NCBI GenBank assembly: GCA_048882505.1
Contig: JBHLRO010000028.1
Location: 4,098-36,097, forward strand
Direction: 5' to 3'
Origin: Candidatus Thorarchaeota archaeon
GTDB taxonomy: Archaea > Asgardarchaeota > Heimdallarchaeia > Hodarchaeales > Hodarchaeaceae
DNA length: 32,000 nucleotides
Shown here: piece after piece, positions 16,304-25,237 of the stretch
Position numbering within the stretch: the stretch's first letter is position 1
How the letters are laid out: the number at the start of each line of letters is the position of its first letter
Made by a program: the position numbers and the translations under genes
Notes under the pieces: model-generated
Seen by the model: the letters and a program-made list of their open reading frames with translations, nothing else
What the model was told of the DNA's origin: nothing
The model's database searches: none

Positions 16304-17119
16304 TTATTTCAAAATTTCATTGAGAGAGGCAATTTCATTCGGGAAATTCTTCTTCAATCGGTTTTTCTTAAGATTCTCCCTAACAATAAAATTGATATCG
16401 GGGTCATTAACTCCTATCAGGTGTTTCATATAACTGAAGCCTTCTTCAGGGATTGCTTGGGTGACAACACTTAACGTATAACATAGTCCTTTTCTCAAAA
16501 CCTTGAATTTTTCGGACTTACGTTTCCTTGTCTCATTGATCCTTTGGAAGATAGACTTATGCAAATTTAACGCTAATTGGGGAATATTATTATTGCCTAA
16601 TGCACTAGGATGAGCCACTGCGGCCGCGACTGCTCGCATTTCGAGCCAATTGCTATTATTAATCCAATGTTCAAGCTCATGAATCAGTAGTTGTCCTCTC
16701 TGTAATAGGATTCTGCCCAGTGCAGCCGCAACTGCCTCCCTCATTCGCCATCGCGGATCACTAGCCAATTCTCTTAATATGATGATTGATTTTTTGAAGT
16801 AATCATCGGAAATCGCTCCTATCGAGCCAAGAGCTCGTGTCCCACAAAAAGGAATCATTTCTCTTGGATCATTTGTCGGAGCTTCCGTCGAAGACATCTT
16901 AGTCAATCCTACGCTCAGATTCCATATACCATCTAAATGATCTGTAAATTCCTCTTCAATGATATTAACGAAAGCTGATGCCATTTCAAGGTTGCCTCTA
17001 CGGCCAGGGAGGTTACTATTCTGTATAAAATATTGAGTAATCGGGATATCGTCCCAGGTACTCAAAAAATCAGTGAGAAGATCTTTAAGGTCTTTTTTAT
17101 GGGTATCAGTTTTTCTCAA
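16304..17119 (-). CDS. Hypothetical all-helical HEAT-repeat / AlkD-like protein
   Basis: NSNLPGRRGNLEMA, LASDPRWRMREAVAAALGRI, WLEMRAVAAAV and FIVRENLKKNRL resemble HEAT-type repeats; TTG start with AGGT upstream. Confidence 0.6.
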   Translation of the reverse strand: MRKTDTHKKDLKDLLTDFLSTWDDIPITQYFIQNSNLPGRRGNLEMASAFVNIIEEEFTDHLDGIWNLSVGLTKMSSTEAPTNDPREMIPFCGTRALGSIGAISDDYFKKSIIILRELASDPRWRMREAVAAALGRILLQRGQLLIHELEHWINNSNWLEMRAVAAAVAHPSALGNNNIPQLALNLHKSIFQRINETRKRKSEKFKVLRKGLCYTLSVVTQAIPEEGFSYMKHLIGVNDPDINFIVRENLKKNRLKKNFPNEIASLNEILK

Positions 17120-17371
17120 GTCATTACCTTCTCAAAAAAGAGGGATCCTTAAGGTAGGCATCCATTCCTTCGGGGTGTGATAAAACCTACTGAAAGTTTG
17201 CTTTTGGGAAACAGACTTCAAACGATCCTCTAAGTTCCAAAAATCCTAGAAGAAGAAATTATAAGAGGATTTGTAAGAACAGGTGATTTTGTTGAGAATA
17301 TCCTTGGGAATGCATTACAAACAGGCCATTAGAACAATAGATAGGCAATACGAATGCCTGGAGGTCAGTTC

Positions 17372-18847
17372 ATGGAAACAAAACATAGATATCAATGGTA
17401 TCAAAGCATATATGACAATTTTTCCAAGATAAAAGAAGAAGCACGAAGAATAGCCGACGAACTCGGCGTAACTAAGGTCAAAGATCGTTTTGGATTATAT
17501 CCTGGCGCATCTTCTTCACCAGGTCCCCTGCCAAATTATGTACTCAACGAGATAATTGAAGCTAACAAGCGAGTCATCCCCGTGCGAAAAGTAGAGGATG
17601 ACCTCCGTAATGTCGTTAAGGACATTTATGGAGATGAATATGACGCAGCAGCAACAAACACTTGTGAAGCCGCTCTTCGAGTAGCGTTTGAGCTATTATT
17701 TGCTCCTCCAATATTAAGAGCAGGTGAGACATATAAAGGTAGATACATTACTCCGTATGGTGAAGATTCAGAATATATTGCAGGATATGGAAGACCTTTC
17801 CCCCCCAAATACAAAAACATATTTGTAGATAGGTCGGTAACAGGCGGAGAAGTTGCAGTAGAAGCGAAAAGCCTTCCTAACTTAGAATCAGTACTTGTGA
17901 GATTTGTAGGGGCCAAATACGAAGTTCATGGAATAAAATACAACCCAATTCCACTATTAACCCGTACTAAAACCAGCCAAACGCTAGAACGGATTGCCAA
18001 GGTGGCAGATCGCCATAAGTTGCTTTTAACAGGATTTGCCACCTTGGGGTACGATACCCCAGGATATGGATACGCGGAAAAAGACCAAAATGGAATTTCA
18101 GTTCTAAAGAAGGGCATTGGCAAATTGGCAGAAGGTTACGATCTGCCTTACTTATTGGATGGGGGAGGTGGGATGCCTGTGATTGGACTGGGTCCTCAAG
18201 ATGTGAACGGGGATATTATGATGTGGAGTATGGATAAATCAGCTCGGGCACCTGCCAGTGGTTTAGTTGTTGGTAAAGAGGAAATCATGGTTCCTATTCG
18301 AAAAGGATTAGGATTAGGGGGACAACGATATGGTGAGGTCTCATCGCATGGAAAAGCACGCTATAGTATGATGGATCCTGGTCGCGACACGGTTATAGGC
18401 TTGATTGCTGTTTTAAAGATGCTTCGCGATAACCCAATGAAAATTAAACGCCCAATCGATGAATACCATAAAATTATCGTGAATGAATTCAAGGCCTTGG
18501 AACCGAGCAGATTTCGTGAGAAGTTGATTATAACCAAGAGCTACACGATGGGAGGCACCGAATTAAATTATGAACAAACCTGGGATGGGGAACGCAGGGG
18601 GATTCCACTCTTTAACATGGAGGATATGTTTGCAAACACCAATCCAATAATGGTGGCTCTCGATGAGATGGGTGTGGGCCTTGGGGCAACTATTTATAGT
18701 GGAAATATGTTTCTAACACCAGGTCTGGGAACCCTTGATGAAGAAGGAGACCTTGTGAAAGAAAGGGCGAGTTTGGCGATTCAAGCTCTTGTTAAATCGG
18801 TAGAAATAACCTGCAAATACGCGGGGTTGAACGTATCAAGGGTTTGA
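17372..18847 (+). CDS. Fold-type I PLP-dependent enzyme, SelA-like family, function unknown
   Basis: WSMDKSARAPASGLVVG aligns with the SelA-type FSGDKLLGGPQAGIIVG PLP-lysine loop; also LLDGGGG (PLP-binding Asp) and TNTCEAAL. GGAGGT at 17360-17365 favours ATG 17372 over the track start 17354. Confidence 0.65.
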   Translation: METKHRYQWYQSIYDNFSKIKEEARRIADELGVTKVKDRFGLYPGASSSPGPLPNYVLNEIIEANKRVIPVRKVEDDLRNVVKDIYGDEYDAAATNTCEAALRVAFELLFAPPILRAGETYKGRYITPYGEDSEYIAGYGRPFPPKYKNIFVDRSVTGGEVAVEAKSLPNLESVLVRFVGAKYEVHGIKYNPIPLLTRTKTSQTLERIAKVADRHKLLLTGFATLGYDTPGYGYAEKDQNGISVLKKGIGKLAEGYDLPYLLDGGGGMPVIGLGPQDVNGDIMMWSMDKSARAPASGLVVGKEEIMVPIRKGLGLGGQRYGEVSSHGKARYSMMDPGRDTVIGLIAVLKMLRDNPMKIKRPIDEYHKIIVNEFKALEPSRFREKLIITKSYTMGGTELNYEQTWDGERRGIPLFNMEDMFANTNPIMVALDEMGVGLGATIYSGNMFLTPGLGTLDEEGDLVKERASLAIQALVKSVEITCKYAGLNVSRV

Positions 18848-19081
18848 GGATCTGTTAAAACACATTCTAGCTGAAAATACTGGCCTTGACACTTGTTTAA
18901 TCGTACTTAGGTTGTTTTCTACCAAACTAGTGCTCTTAAATTCACAGCCTTTAGGTTAGAGTACTTCATTCTCATTTTCGGTACCCATAAAAACGAGAAA
19001 TTCAAAACAAGTTTTTTAACCAGACGGGGGAAAGATGGGAAAATTGTCCTCATAATAAGTTAGAAAAGGTGAAATCGAATT

Positions 19082-20425
19082 TTGAGAATAACTACGAAGA
19101 AATTTTTTGTTCTGTTGTTTGTAATGTTTCTGATTACGTCTTTTGGGCATGTATCTGCGGCTCAAAATCCGTTCAGAGGTATAACCACAACAACAGATGG
19201 ACATCCCACATGGGACTCCGATATGATCAATATCGAACAAGTTGAGGAAACGGGGAAAGGTGTGTATGTTGCCGTCCTTGATACGGGTCTTGTGCCAAAC
19301 TGGATGGATTATTTTCCTGAAGAACGAATTGCAACTGAGTTCGGGATAGGATTTTATCAACCAGTGACCATTCGACCTGATGGATCGGATTTTGAAGTAG
19401 GTGAGTTACACACCACGACGTACATTGGGAGCGTGGGCTCAACTCATGGTACGCATGTTACCAGTACGATCATTGGTTATTTCTATGATGCAAATGCGGA
19501 TACATTTGGTGGTTGGCCTTTAGATCCGCTAATTGTCAGAGGTATCGCCCCTGATGTTACCATCATTCCAGTAAAAGTCCTAGCAGATTATACTTTTCCA
19601 GGATTGGGTGCTGGACTGGGTCAAAAGATCGTGTTTGGGACTGATAGTATGGTAGCCGCAGGTATAGACTATATCACGGACCTTAAACTCAGTGGAGCCC
19701 TTGGAGATTCCCCTGTTGTCATTTCAATGAGCCTAGGTGGCCCGTCTCTTTCACCAGTTGAGAAAAATGCTATTGATAACGCCATTGCAAATGGAGTTAT
19801 TGTGGTTGCTGCCGCTGGTAACGAAGGAACAGATGGAATGAGTTTTCCAGGCGCTTATGCCCCAGTAATCTCTGCAGGTGCATCTGGTTGGACTAAGGAA
19901 TGGTTGCTACCTGATGATGGCCCATTTTACCGTCTATGGTGGCTCCAAGAGAATCCATATGGTTGGAATGACATTCCAGAACCTGCTCCTGTGGATGAGG
20001 TTTATGTTACTAATTTCAGCAGCCGAGAGTTGCCTGGACAAGAATTGGATGTGCTAGCCCCTGGGAGTTGGGTTCGTGGACCGTTTCCTGGATTTCCAGG
20101 TTACAGCCATCTCCCATGGTGGTCGGAAGGAATAGGTGACTTTGCAGGTCTTAATCCGGGTAACTTCTACTATGTAGGTGGGACCAGTATGGCGACCCCG
20201 CACGTATCTGCAGTGGCAGCGTTGATGCTTGAAAAAAACCCCACACTAAACCAAGCAGACATTGAATCTATCCTGAAGTCTACAGCTCTTCCCATTCCAG
20301 CTCCTGATAGTCGATCTGGTGTTTTTGTACCATTTGCCCCATTTTTTGTAACTTTCGCATGGGATACCGATGCAACTGGAGCGGGATTAATCATGGCAGA
20401 CGCGGCTCTAGCTGCGATACCTTGA
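19082..20425 (+). CDS. Secreted S8 (subtilisin-like) serine peptidase
   Basis: Signal peptide MRITTKKFFVLLFVMFLITSFGHVSA; catalytic motifs VAVLDTG, HGTHV and GTSMATPHV; oxyanion-hole motif AAAGNEG. TTG start with GGTGA upstream and an in-frame stop just upstream. Confidence 0.95.
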   Translation: MRITTKKFFVLLFVMFLITSFGHVSAAQNPFRGITTTTDGHPTWDSDMINIEQVEETGKGVYVAVLDTGLVPNWMDYFPEERIATEFGIGFYQPVTIRPDGSDFEVGELHTTTYIGSVGSTHGTHVTSTIIGYFYDANADTFGGWPLDPLIVRGIAPDVTIIPVKVLADYTFPGLGAGLGQKIVFGTDSMVAAGIDYITDLKLSGALGDSPVVISMSLGGPSLSPVEKNAIDNAIANGVIVVAAAGNEGTDGMSFPGAYAPVISAGASGWTKEWLLPDDGPFYRLWWLQENPYGWNDIPEPAPVDEVYVTNFSSRELPGQELDVLAPGSWVRGPFPGFPGYSHLPWWSEGIGDFAGLNPGNFYYVGGTSMATPHVSAVAALMLEKNPTLNQADIESILKSTALPIPAPDSRSGVFVPFAPFFVTFAWDTDATGAGLIMADAALAAIP

Positions 20426-20449
20426 TTAATCTACTAGAATCCCCCTTCC

Positions 20450-20466
20450 TTTTTTTCTTTTTTTTT
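20450..20466 (+). terminator. Oligo-T terminator after the S8 peptidase gene
   Basis: TTTTTTTCTTTTTTTTT 25 nt after the stop codon; oligo-T tracts are archaeal-type intrinsic terminators. Confidence 0.6.
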
Positions 20467-20685
20467 GTCCATAGCATGCTTAAGCGGATTAAGATAACAT
20501 ACATTTACACGATGGAATCAAGAGAGGAAAGCAATTCAAGAGGGAGGTTATGAATGACGATCCCAGAACTAGTTAAGTCCTTAATACTTATTTTGGTCAA
20601 GAATGTGCATCTGCTGGCCTTGTCGTGTCCCCCCAGATATGTCTTATTTAAGTTAATGCGAGAATCTGTGGTTAAAAGAGGGAAT

Positions 20686-21987
20686 TTAAGCGTTTCTAGA
20701 GTGTGGGTACTTGATAAAGTAGAAGTTCAAACCGCCAATGAAACGAAAGATCATCACGACAATAAGCATGGCATATATTGTTTCCCATTTGCCAATAATA
20801 GTTACCAAAAGTTCTGTAGTTATTCCCATTAATAAAGATCCAACGAATGTGGACAATCCCATGATTAGGGAAAAAACTCCGATATACTGTCCTTTAGATT
20901 CTTCTGGAGCAGAATCGATGATATGAGCGTTCATTGCTATGTAATACAGTCCAAACCCAAATCCTCCAGCCAGATTGGCGAGCGCCATTTCATACCAGTT
21001 TGTTGCAAAAAACAAGACTAGAGGAATCAAGAACATCAACCTTCGGCCCCAAAAACCAATTCTTTTTCCATATCGGTCAATAGCTGATCCACCTATCATC
21101 AACGAGATGATCTGAAATCCCATAAAGGTTGCCCACATCAATGAGTTTTCGGAGGGCGACGCATATCGTTCCCGTATGAATCCAAAGATTGGCCAACCGA
21201 GAGACATGCTAAAGTCCATAAATGCGCAGATAATTATAAACCGCCGAAAATCACGGTTTTCCTTTAATGGAGATAGTAGCCTTTTGATTTGATCCAGATA
21301 ACTAGATTTCGAAGAAACTATTCCCGTTTTCCTATTCATGTCAGCAGATCTCCCCAAGAATAGGGAAGAAATCCCAGCAAGTAAGAACGCAATTGAAGCA
21401 ATACGAAAAATAATGGCGTATTGGGCGGCATAATCTACATTAAGCAAACCAACTCCCCAGCCCATGACAATTAATGCGAGGAATGCACACAAAACCCCTA
21501 TAGTGGAGATTTTCCCTAGAAATGATCCCCGATTTTCCGAGGTCGAGATATCTCCCAAATACGCAATCCAGGCGGGGGCAAAAATGCCAAATGCGGTCGA
21601 ATAAATAATCATTGCTAATAAAAATACGAAGGGATCCGTGATATCGGGAAAGATGAAACTAATAAAGGCCGAAACAAGCAACCCCACCAATAAGAATATT
21701 TTCCGCCCAGATTTGTCCGACCACCTCCCGAAGATCGATTGAGTAGCCAATTGAAGCAGATTTCGAAGACTTATCATGATTGAGATAAGGAAGGGGGAAG
21801 TCTGAATAAAAACGGCGTAAATCAGAGCATAGGTTCTATTGATCCCATCACCTAGAACTCGGCCAATTTCAACAAGGGAAATGACTGAAAATCGGCCATT
21901 GGAAGAAGGCAAGGGTAGAGAATGTTCGCTTAATGGGGGTTCCAAGTCTAAAGATCTGATTCTATCCACATCAGAGAGCCTAGTCAA
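20686..21987 (-). CDS. Major facilitator superfamily transporter
   Basis: About 12 hydrophobic helices; motif A FGRWSDKSGRK and its C-half copy GSAIDRYGKR; ENRGSFLG and ESKGQYIG. Substrate cannot be determined. Confidence 0.92.
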   Translation of the reverse strand: MTRLSDVDRIRSLDLEPPLSEHSLPLPSSNGRFSVISLVEIGRVLGDGINRTYALIYAVFIQTSPFLISIMISLRNLLQLATQSIFGRWSDKSGRKIFLLVGLLVSAFISFIFPDITDPFVFLLAMIIYSTAFGIFAPAWIAYLGDISTSENRGSFLGKISTIGVLCAFLALIVMGWGVGLLNVDYAAQYAIIFRIASIAFLLAGISSLFLGRSADMNRKTGIVSSKSSYLDQIKRLLSPLKENRDFRRFIIICAFMDFSMSLGWPIFGFIRERYASPSENSLMWATFMGFQIISLMIGGSAIDRYGKRIGFWGRRLMFLIPLVLFFATNWYEMALANLAGGFGFGLYYIAMNAHIIDSAPEESKGQYIGVFSLIMGLSTFVGSLLMGITTELLVTIIGKWETIYAMLIVVMIFRFIGGLNFYFIKYPHSRNA

Positions 21988-22318
21988 TAAGGCTTTAACT
22001 CTTAGGACGATGTGAGCAGAGAGAGACGGAGGAAAATGAAGAGACTAGTAGAAAGATAATATTAAAAATGGTATTTTTAAGAGAATAATCTTAAAGTAGA
22101 AACTTCTAGGAGGATTTTGATATATCCTTCTCACATATCGGTGTGTTTCTTCATATTCAAGCGAAATTCAGCCAATATTAGTGCTGACATTTACATTTAG
22201 TTCCAAATTTAATCCAATGTCAGGATTAAAAGTCAAAAAAGTGATTTCTACAATCGTGAACTCAGTTTAGACGAAAGATTTTCTATGAAGCTGGGATAAT
22301 AAGAGGAGAAAGCATGGT

Positions 22319-25231
22319 TTGGCAAGTAAAAAATTAAGGAACAGATTAAAACTTGTTTTAAAGAAGATCTTTCAATTTGAGGATATGGATCTGGATTTTG
22401 GGATTTATCGTATCCTTAATATCAAGAAAAAGGAAATTTCCGATTTTATTGATAAGGAATTATTTGAGGTAATTGAAAAGGAATTAGGGAAATCAGAGAC
22501 GGAAGAGGTAGTCGAAAGGCAGATTTGTGACCATATGATCAATTTCTTTTTACGATACTACGACAATGGCGATTTTATATCTAAACGACGATATTCTAAA
22601 ACGAAGAAGTATGTAATACCCTATAACGGAGAAGAAGTTTATCTATATTGGGTAAACAATGACCAATATTATGTGAAAACAAGTGAGGATTTTAAAAATT
22701 ACAGATTCATGATCGACGGCCTAACAGTTGAATTTAAACGGATCAATGACGAATTTGAAGTAAGAGGAATTAGTATTACGAATTCGGAAAAGAGATATTA
22801 TATTTTTAGGGGATTAGGATTTGAAAAATCTGTTAACACATTGGAACTGAAATTTGCCTATCGTGGATTGACAGAAAAGGAAATTGAAGCGATCAAAACT
22901 ACCCTAAACAAGAATTCTATAAAAAAGGAATATGTCAACGCCTTCAACATCAAGAATGTTCTTGATCAAACCAAAACCACGGTTTTTCCCAAACTAGCCA
23001 AGAAGCACCTCAAAATGAATGGGGAGGAATCAGAGCTTTCTGAGCTCGCCTGGCATTTAAACAGATATACAACCAAAAACACTTCTGATTATTTTATTCA
23101 CAAGGATTTGAGAGGTTTCTTAAATCAAGAATTGGACTTCTATATTAAGAGCGAGATATTTTCTATTACCGATTTCGAATTAGAAGCAGAAAAATCTCTT
23201 ATAACGAAAATTGTCCCCGCGTTCAAAACTATATGCCAAAAACTAATAATATTCCTGGCTCAAATAGAGGATTTTCAGAAAAGACTGTGGGAAAAGAGGA
23301 AATTTGTCATTTCAACGAATTATTGTTTGACTTTGGATCATATTCATGAAAAGCACTACCCTGAGATTCTGGCGAATGAAGAACAACTAAGGGAATGGAG
23401 AACGTTATTCAATATTGATTTCGAGGAAATAAAGAGAGAACGGGGATCCAAGAACATAACTGACAATGGTGGATACCGTAACATTGATTTTCTTAAGAGA
23501 TTTCCAACATTAGTTCTCGATACCAGATTCTTTGATTCGGAATTTAAATATCGGATACTAAGTGAAATTAGGGAATTGGATAGCAGCATTAATGGAATAT
23601 TAATCAAGTCCAATAATTACCATGCATTAAATCTAATTCTCAACAAATACAGAGAAAAGGTAAAATGCTGCTATATTGATCCCCCGTACAACACTGGCAA
23701 TGATGAATTCCTATATAAAGATAATTATCGTCATTCCAGCTGGCTTACGATGATGTATGAGCATTTGATGTTGGGGAGGGAACTTCTTAACGATGAAGGG
23801 TCTCTTTTTGTGAGTATCGATGATAATGAAATGGACCATTTACGGTTATGTCTTGATCACGTTTTTGGTCGTGATAATTTTATCGAGCAATTGACTATTG
23901 TATCAAATCCCAGAGGGAGATCTTTAAGAAAATACATTTCTTCGGTTCATGAGTACTGTTTGGTATGCGCAAAGAACATTGAAGCCGAATCAATCTATGG
24001 ACAAGAGCCAGATAAAAAAAGGAGAGCACACTATAACGAAATTGATGAGCTGGGACAGTTTCGATGGTTAGAATTACGAAACAGAAATCCAAAATTCAAT
24101 GCCAAAAATAGGCCAAACCTGTTTTTTCCTATTTATGCCAATCCTGTTACATATGAAGTATCTTTGACTGAAAAGGAAGATTGGATTAAAGTAGAACCGC
24201 TAGATAGCAAGGGGACTGAAGATTGTTGGACTTGGGGGAAGGAAAAGGTACGTAACAATCTCAAATTTCTAAGGGCGAAGAAAACAAAGAATATGAACTG
24301 GATTATCCAAAGAAAAGATTATTTACATAAAGAAGATGGTACAATTAAGTTGAAAAAGCCGTTTTCGGTTTGGGATGAGCGAGAGATGAATACTGAAAAG
24401 GGTACCGAGATATTACGACATCAATTTGGCTATTTACCTTTTGATTTTCCAAAATCCCCATTTTTCATACAAAAAATTGTCGAGATATCCACTCGTTCAA
24501 ATAATCAGGAGATAATTCTAGATTACTTCGCTGGTTCAGGGACAACTGGGCAAGCCGTACTTAATCAAAATAAGAAGGATAAGGGAACACGAAAGTTTAT
24601 ATTGGTGGAAATGGCGCAATATTTCGAATCTATTCTATTGCCAAGAATAAAGAAGGTGATTTTCTCAGAAAATTGGTTAAATGGTGAGCCACAAGATAAA
24701 AATGGGATTCCTAGGCAAATCCTCAAATATCAATCTTTGGAACAATACGAAGATTCATTGCTCAATATCGAGTTTGTTGAGCCAAGATCAAGTGTAAAGG
24801 AGTCTAAAGATTATAAATTAAAATATATGTTGGATTATGAAACGAGTACCAATAATATCTTCTTGAATCTTGATTTTCTAGACAATCCCTTTGGTTACAA
24901 GCTAAAAATAGAAGAGAACGGCAAAACAAGGGAGGTTAACGCGGATCTCGTTGAAACATTCAACTATCTTGCAGGAATCGATGTTAATTTCATTTATTTA
25001 AAAAATGATGCCGAAATTAGGTATATTTTTATAAAAGGACAACAAGGAGAAAAGTCAGTATTTGTGGTCTGGAGGAACAAGCCTGAATCCTTCAATCCTG
25101 AGCGTGATAAAGAATTTGTTGAACGAGAGATCGCTAATGACAAATACGATGAAGTGTTTGTCAATGGTAACTCTCTCATCAGAAATGCCAAACCAATCGA
25201 TGTTGTTTTTAAGGAAGAACTGTTCAGGTGA
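22319..25231 (+). CDS. mod: Type III restriction-modification methyltransferase (Mod, long form, beta-class amino-MTase)
   Basis: Motif IV YIDPPYNTG precedes motif I ILDYFAGSGTTGQAV; also N-terminal FQFEDMDLDFGIYRILN, LFVSIDDNE and LESLEQYED-like KYQSLEQYEDSLLNI; 6 nt upstream of an SF2 helicase gene; GAGGAG upstream. Confidence 0.9.
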   Translation: MASKKLRNRLKLVLKKIFQFEDMDLDFGIYRILNIKKKEISDFIDKELFEVIEKELGKSETEEVVERQICDHMINFFLRYYDNGDFISKRRYSKTKKYVIPYNGEEVYLYWVNNDQYYVKTSEDFKNYRFMIDGLTVEFKRINDEFEVRGISITNSEKRYYIFRGLGFEKSVNTLELKFAYRGLTEKEIEAIKTTLNKNSIKKEYVNAFNIKNVLDQTKTTVFPKLAKKHLKMNGEESELSELAWHLNRYTTKNTSDYFIHKDLRGFLNQELDFYIKSEIFSITDFELEAEKSLITKIVPAFKTICQKLIIFLAQIEDFQKRLWEKRKFVISTNYCLTLDHIHEKHYPEILANEEQLREWRTLFNIDFEEIKRERGSKNITDNGGYRNIDFLKRFPTLVLDTRFFDSEFKYRILSEIRELDSSINGILIKSNNYHALNLILNKYREKVKCCYIDPPYNTGNDEFLYKDNYRHSSWLTMMYEHLMLGRELLNDEGSLFVSIDDNEMDHLRLCLDHVFGRDNFIEQLTIVSNPRGRSLRKYISSVHEYCLVCAKNIEAESIYGQEPDKKRRAHYNEIDELGQFRWLELRNRNPKFNAKNRPNLFFPIYANPVTYEVSLTEKEDWIKVEPLDSKGTEDCWTWGKEKVRNNLKFLRAKKTKNMNWIIQRKDYLHKEDGTIKLKKPFSVWDEREMNTEKGTEILRHQFGYLPFDFPKSPFFIQKIVEISTRSNNQEIILDYFAGSGTTGQAVLNQNKKDKGTRKFILVEMAQYFESILLPRIKKVIFSENWLNGEPQDKNGIPRQILKYQSLEQYEDSLLNIEFVEPRSSVKESKDYKLKYMLDYETSTNNIFLNLDFLDNPFGYKLKIEENGKTREVNADLVETFNYLAGIDVNFIYLKNDAEIRYIFIKGQQGEKSVFVVWRNKPESFNPERDKEFVEREIANDKYDEVFVNGNSLIRNAKPIDVVFKEELFR

Positions 25232-25237
25232 GAATAA

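Noticed and set aside
17354-17371. ORF-track start of the PLP enzyme (MPGGQF)
   Set aside because: This stretch contains the GGAGGT SD for ATG 17372, which is the more likely start.
20554-20832. 92-aa plus-strand ORF preceded by GGAGGT
   Set aside because: The SD is good, but 147 nt overlap the MFS 3' end antisense and the peptide has no recognisable features; it may be a relic but is not supportable.
22319-25231. Phase-variable (phasevarion) mod gene
   Set aside because: No simple-sequence repeat tract was seen in or upstream of mod; only short A-runs of ordinary length.
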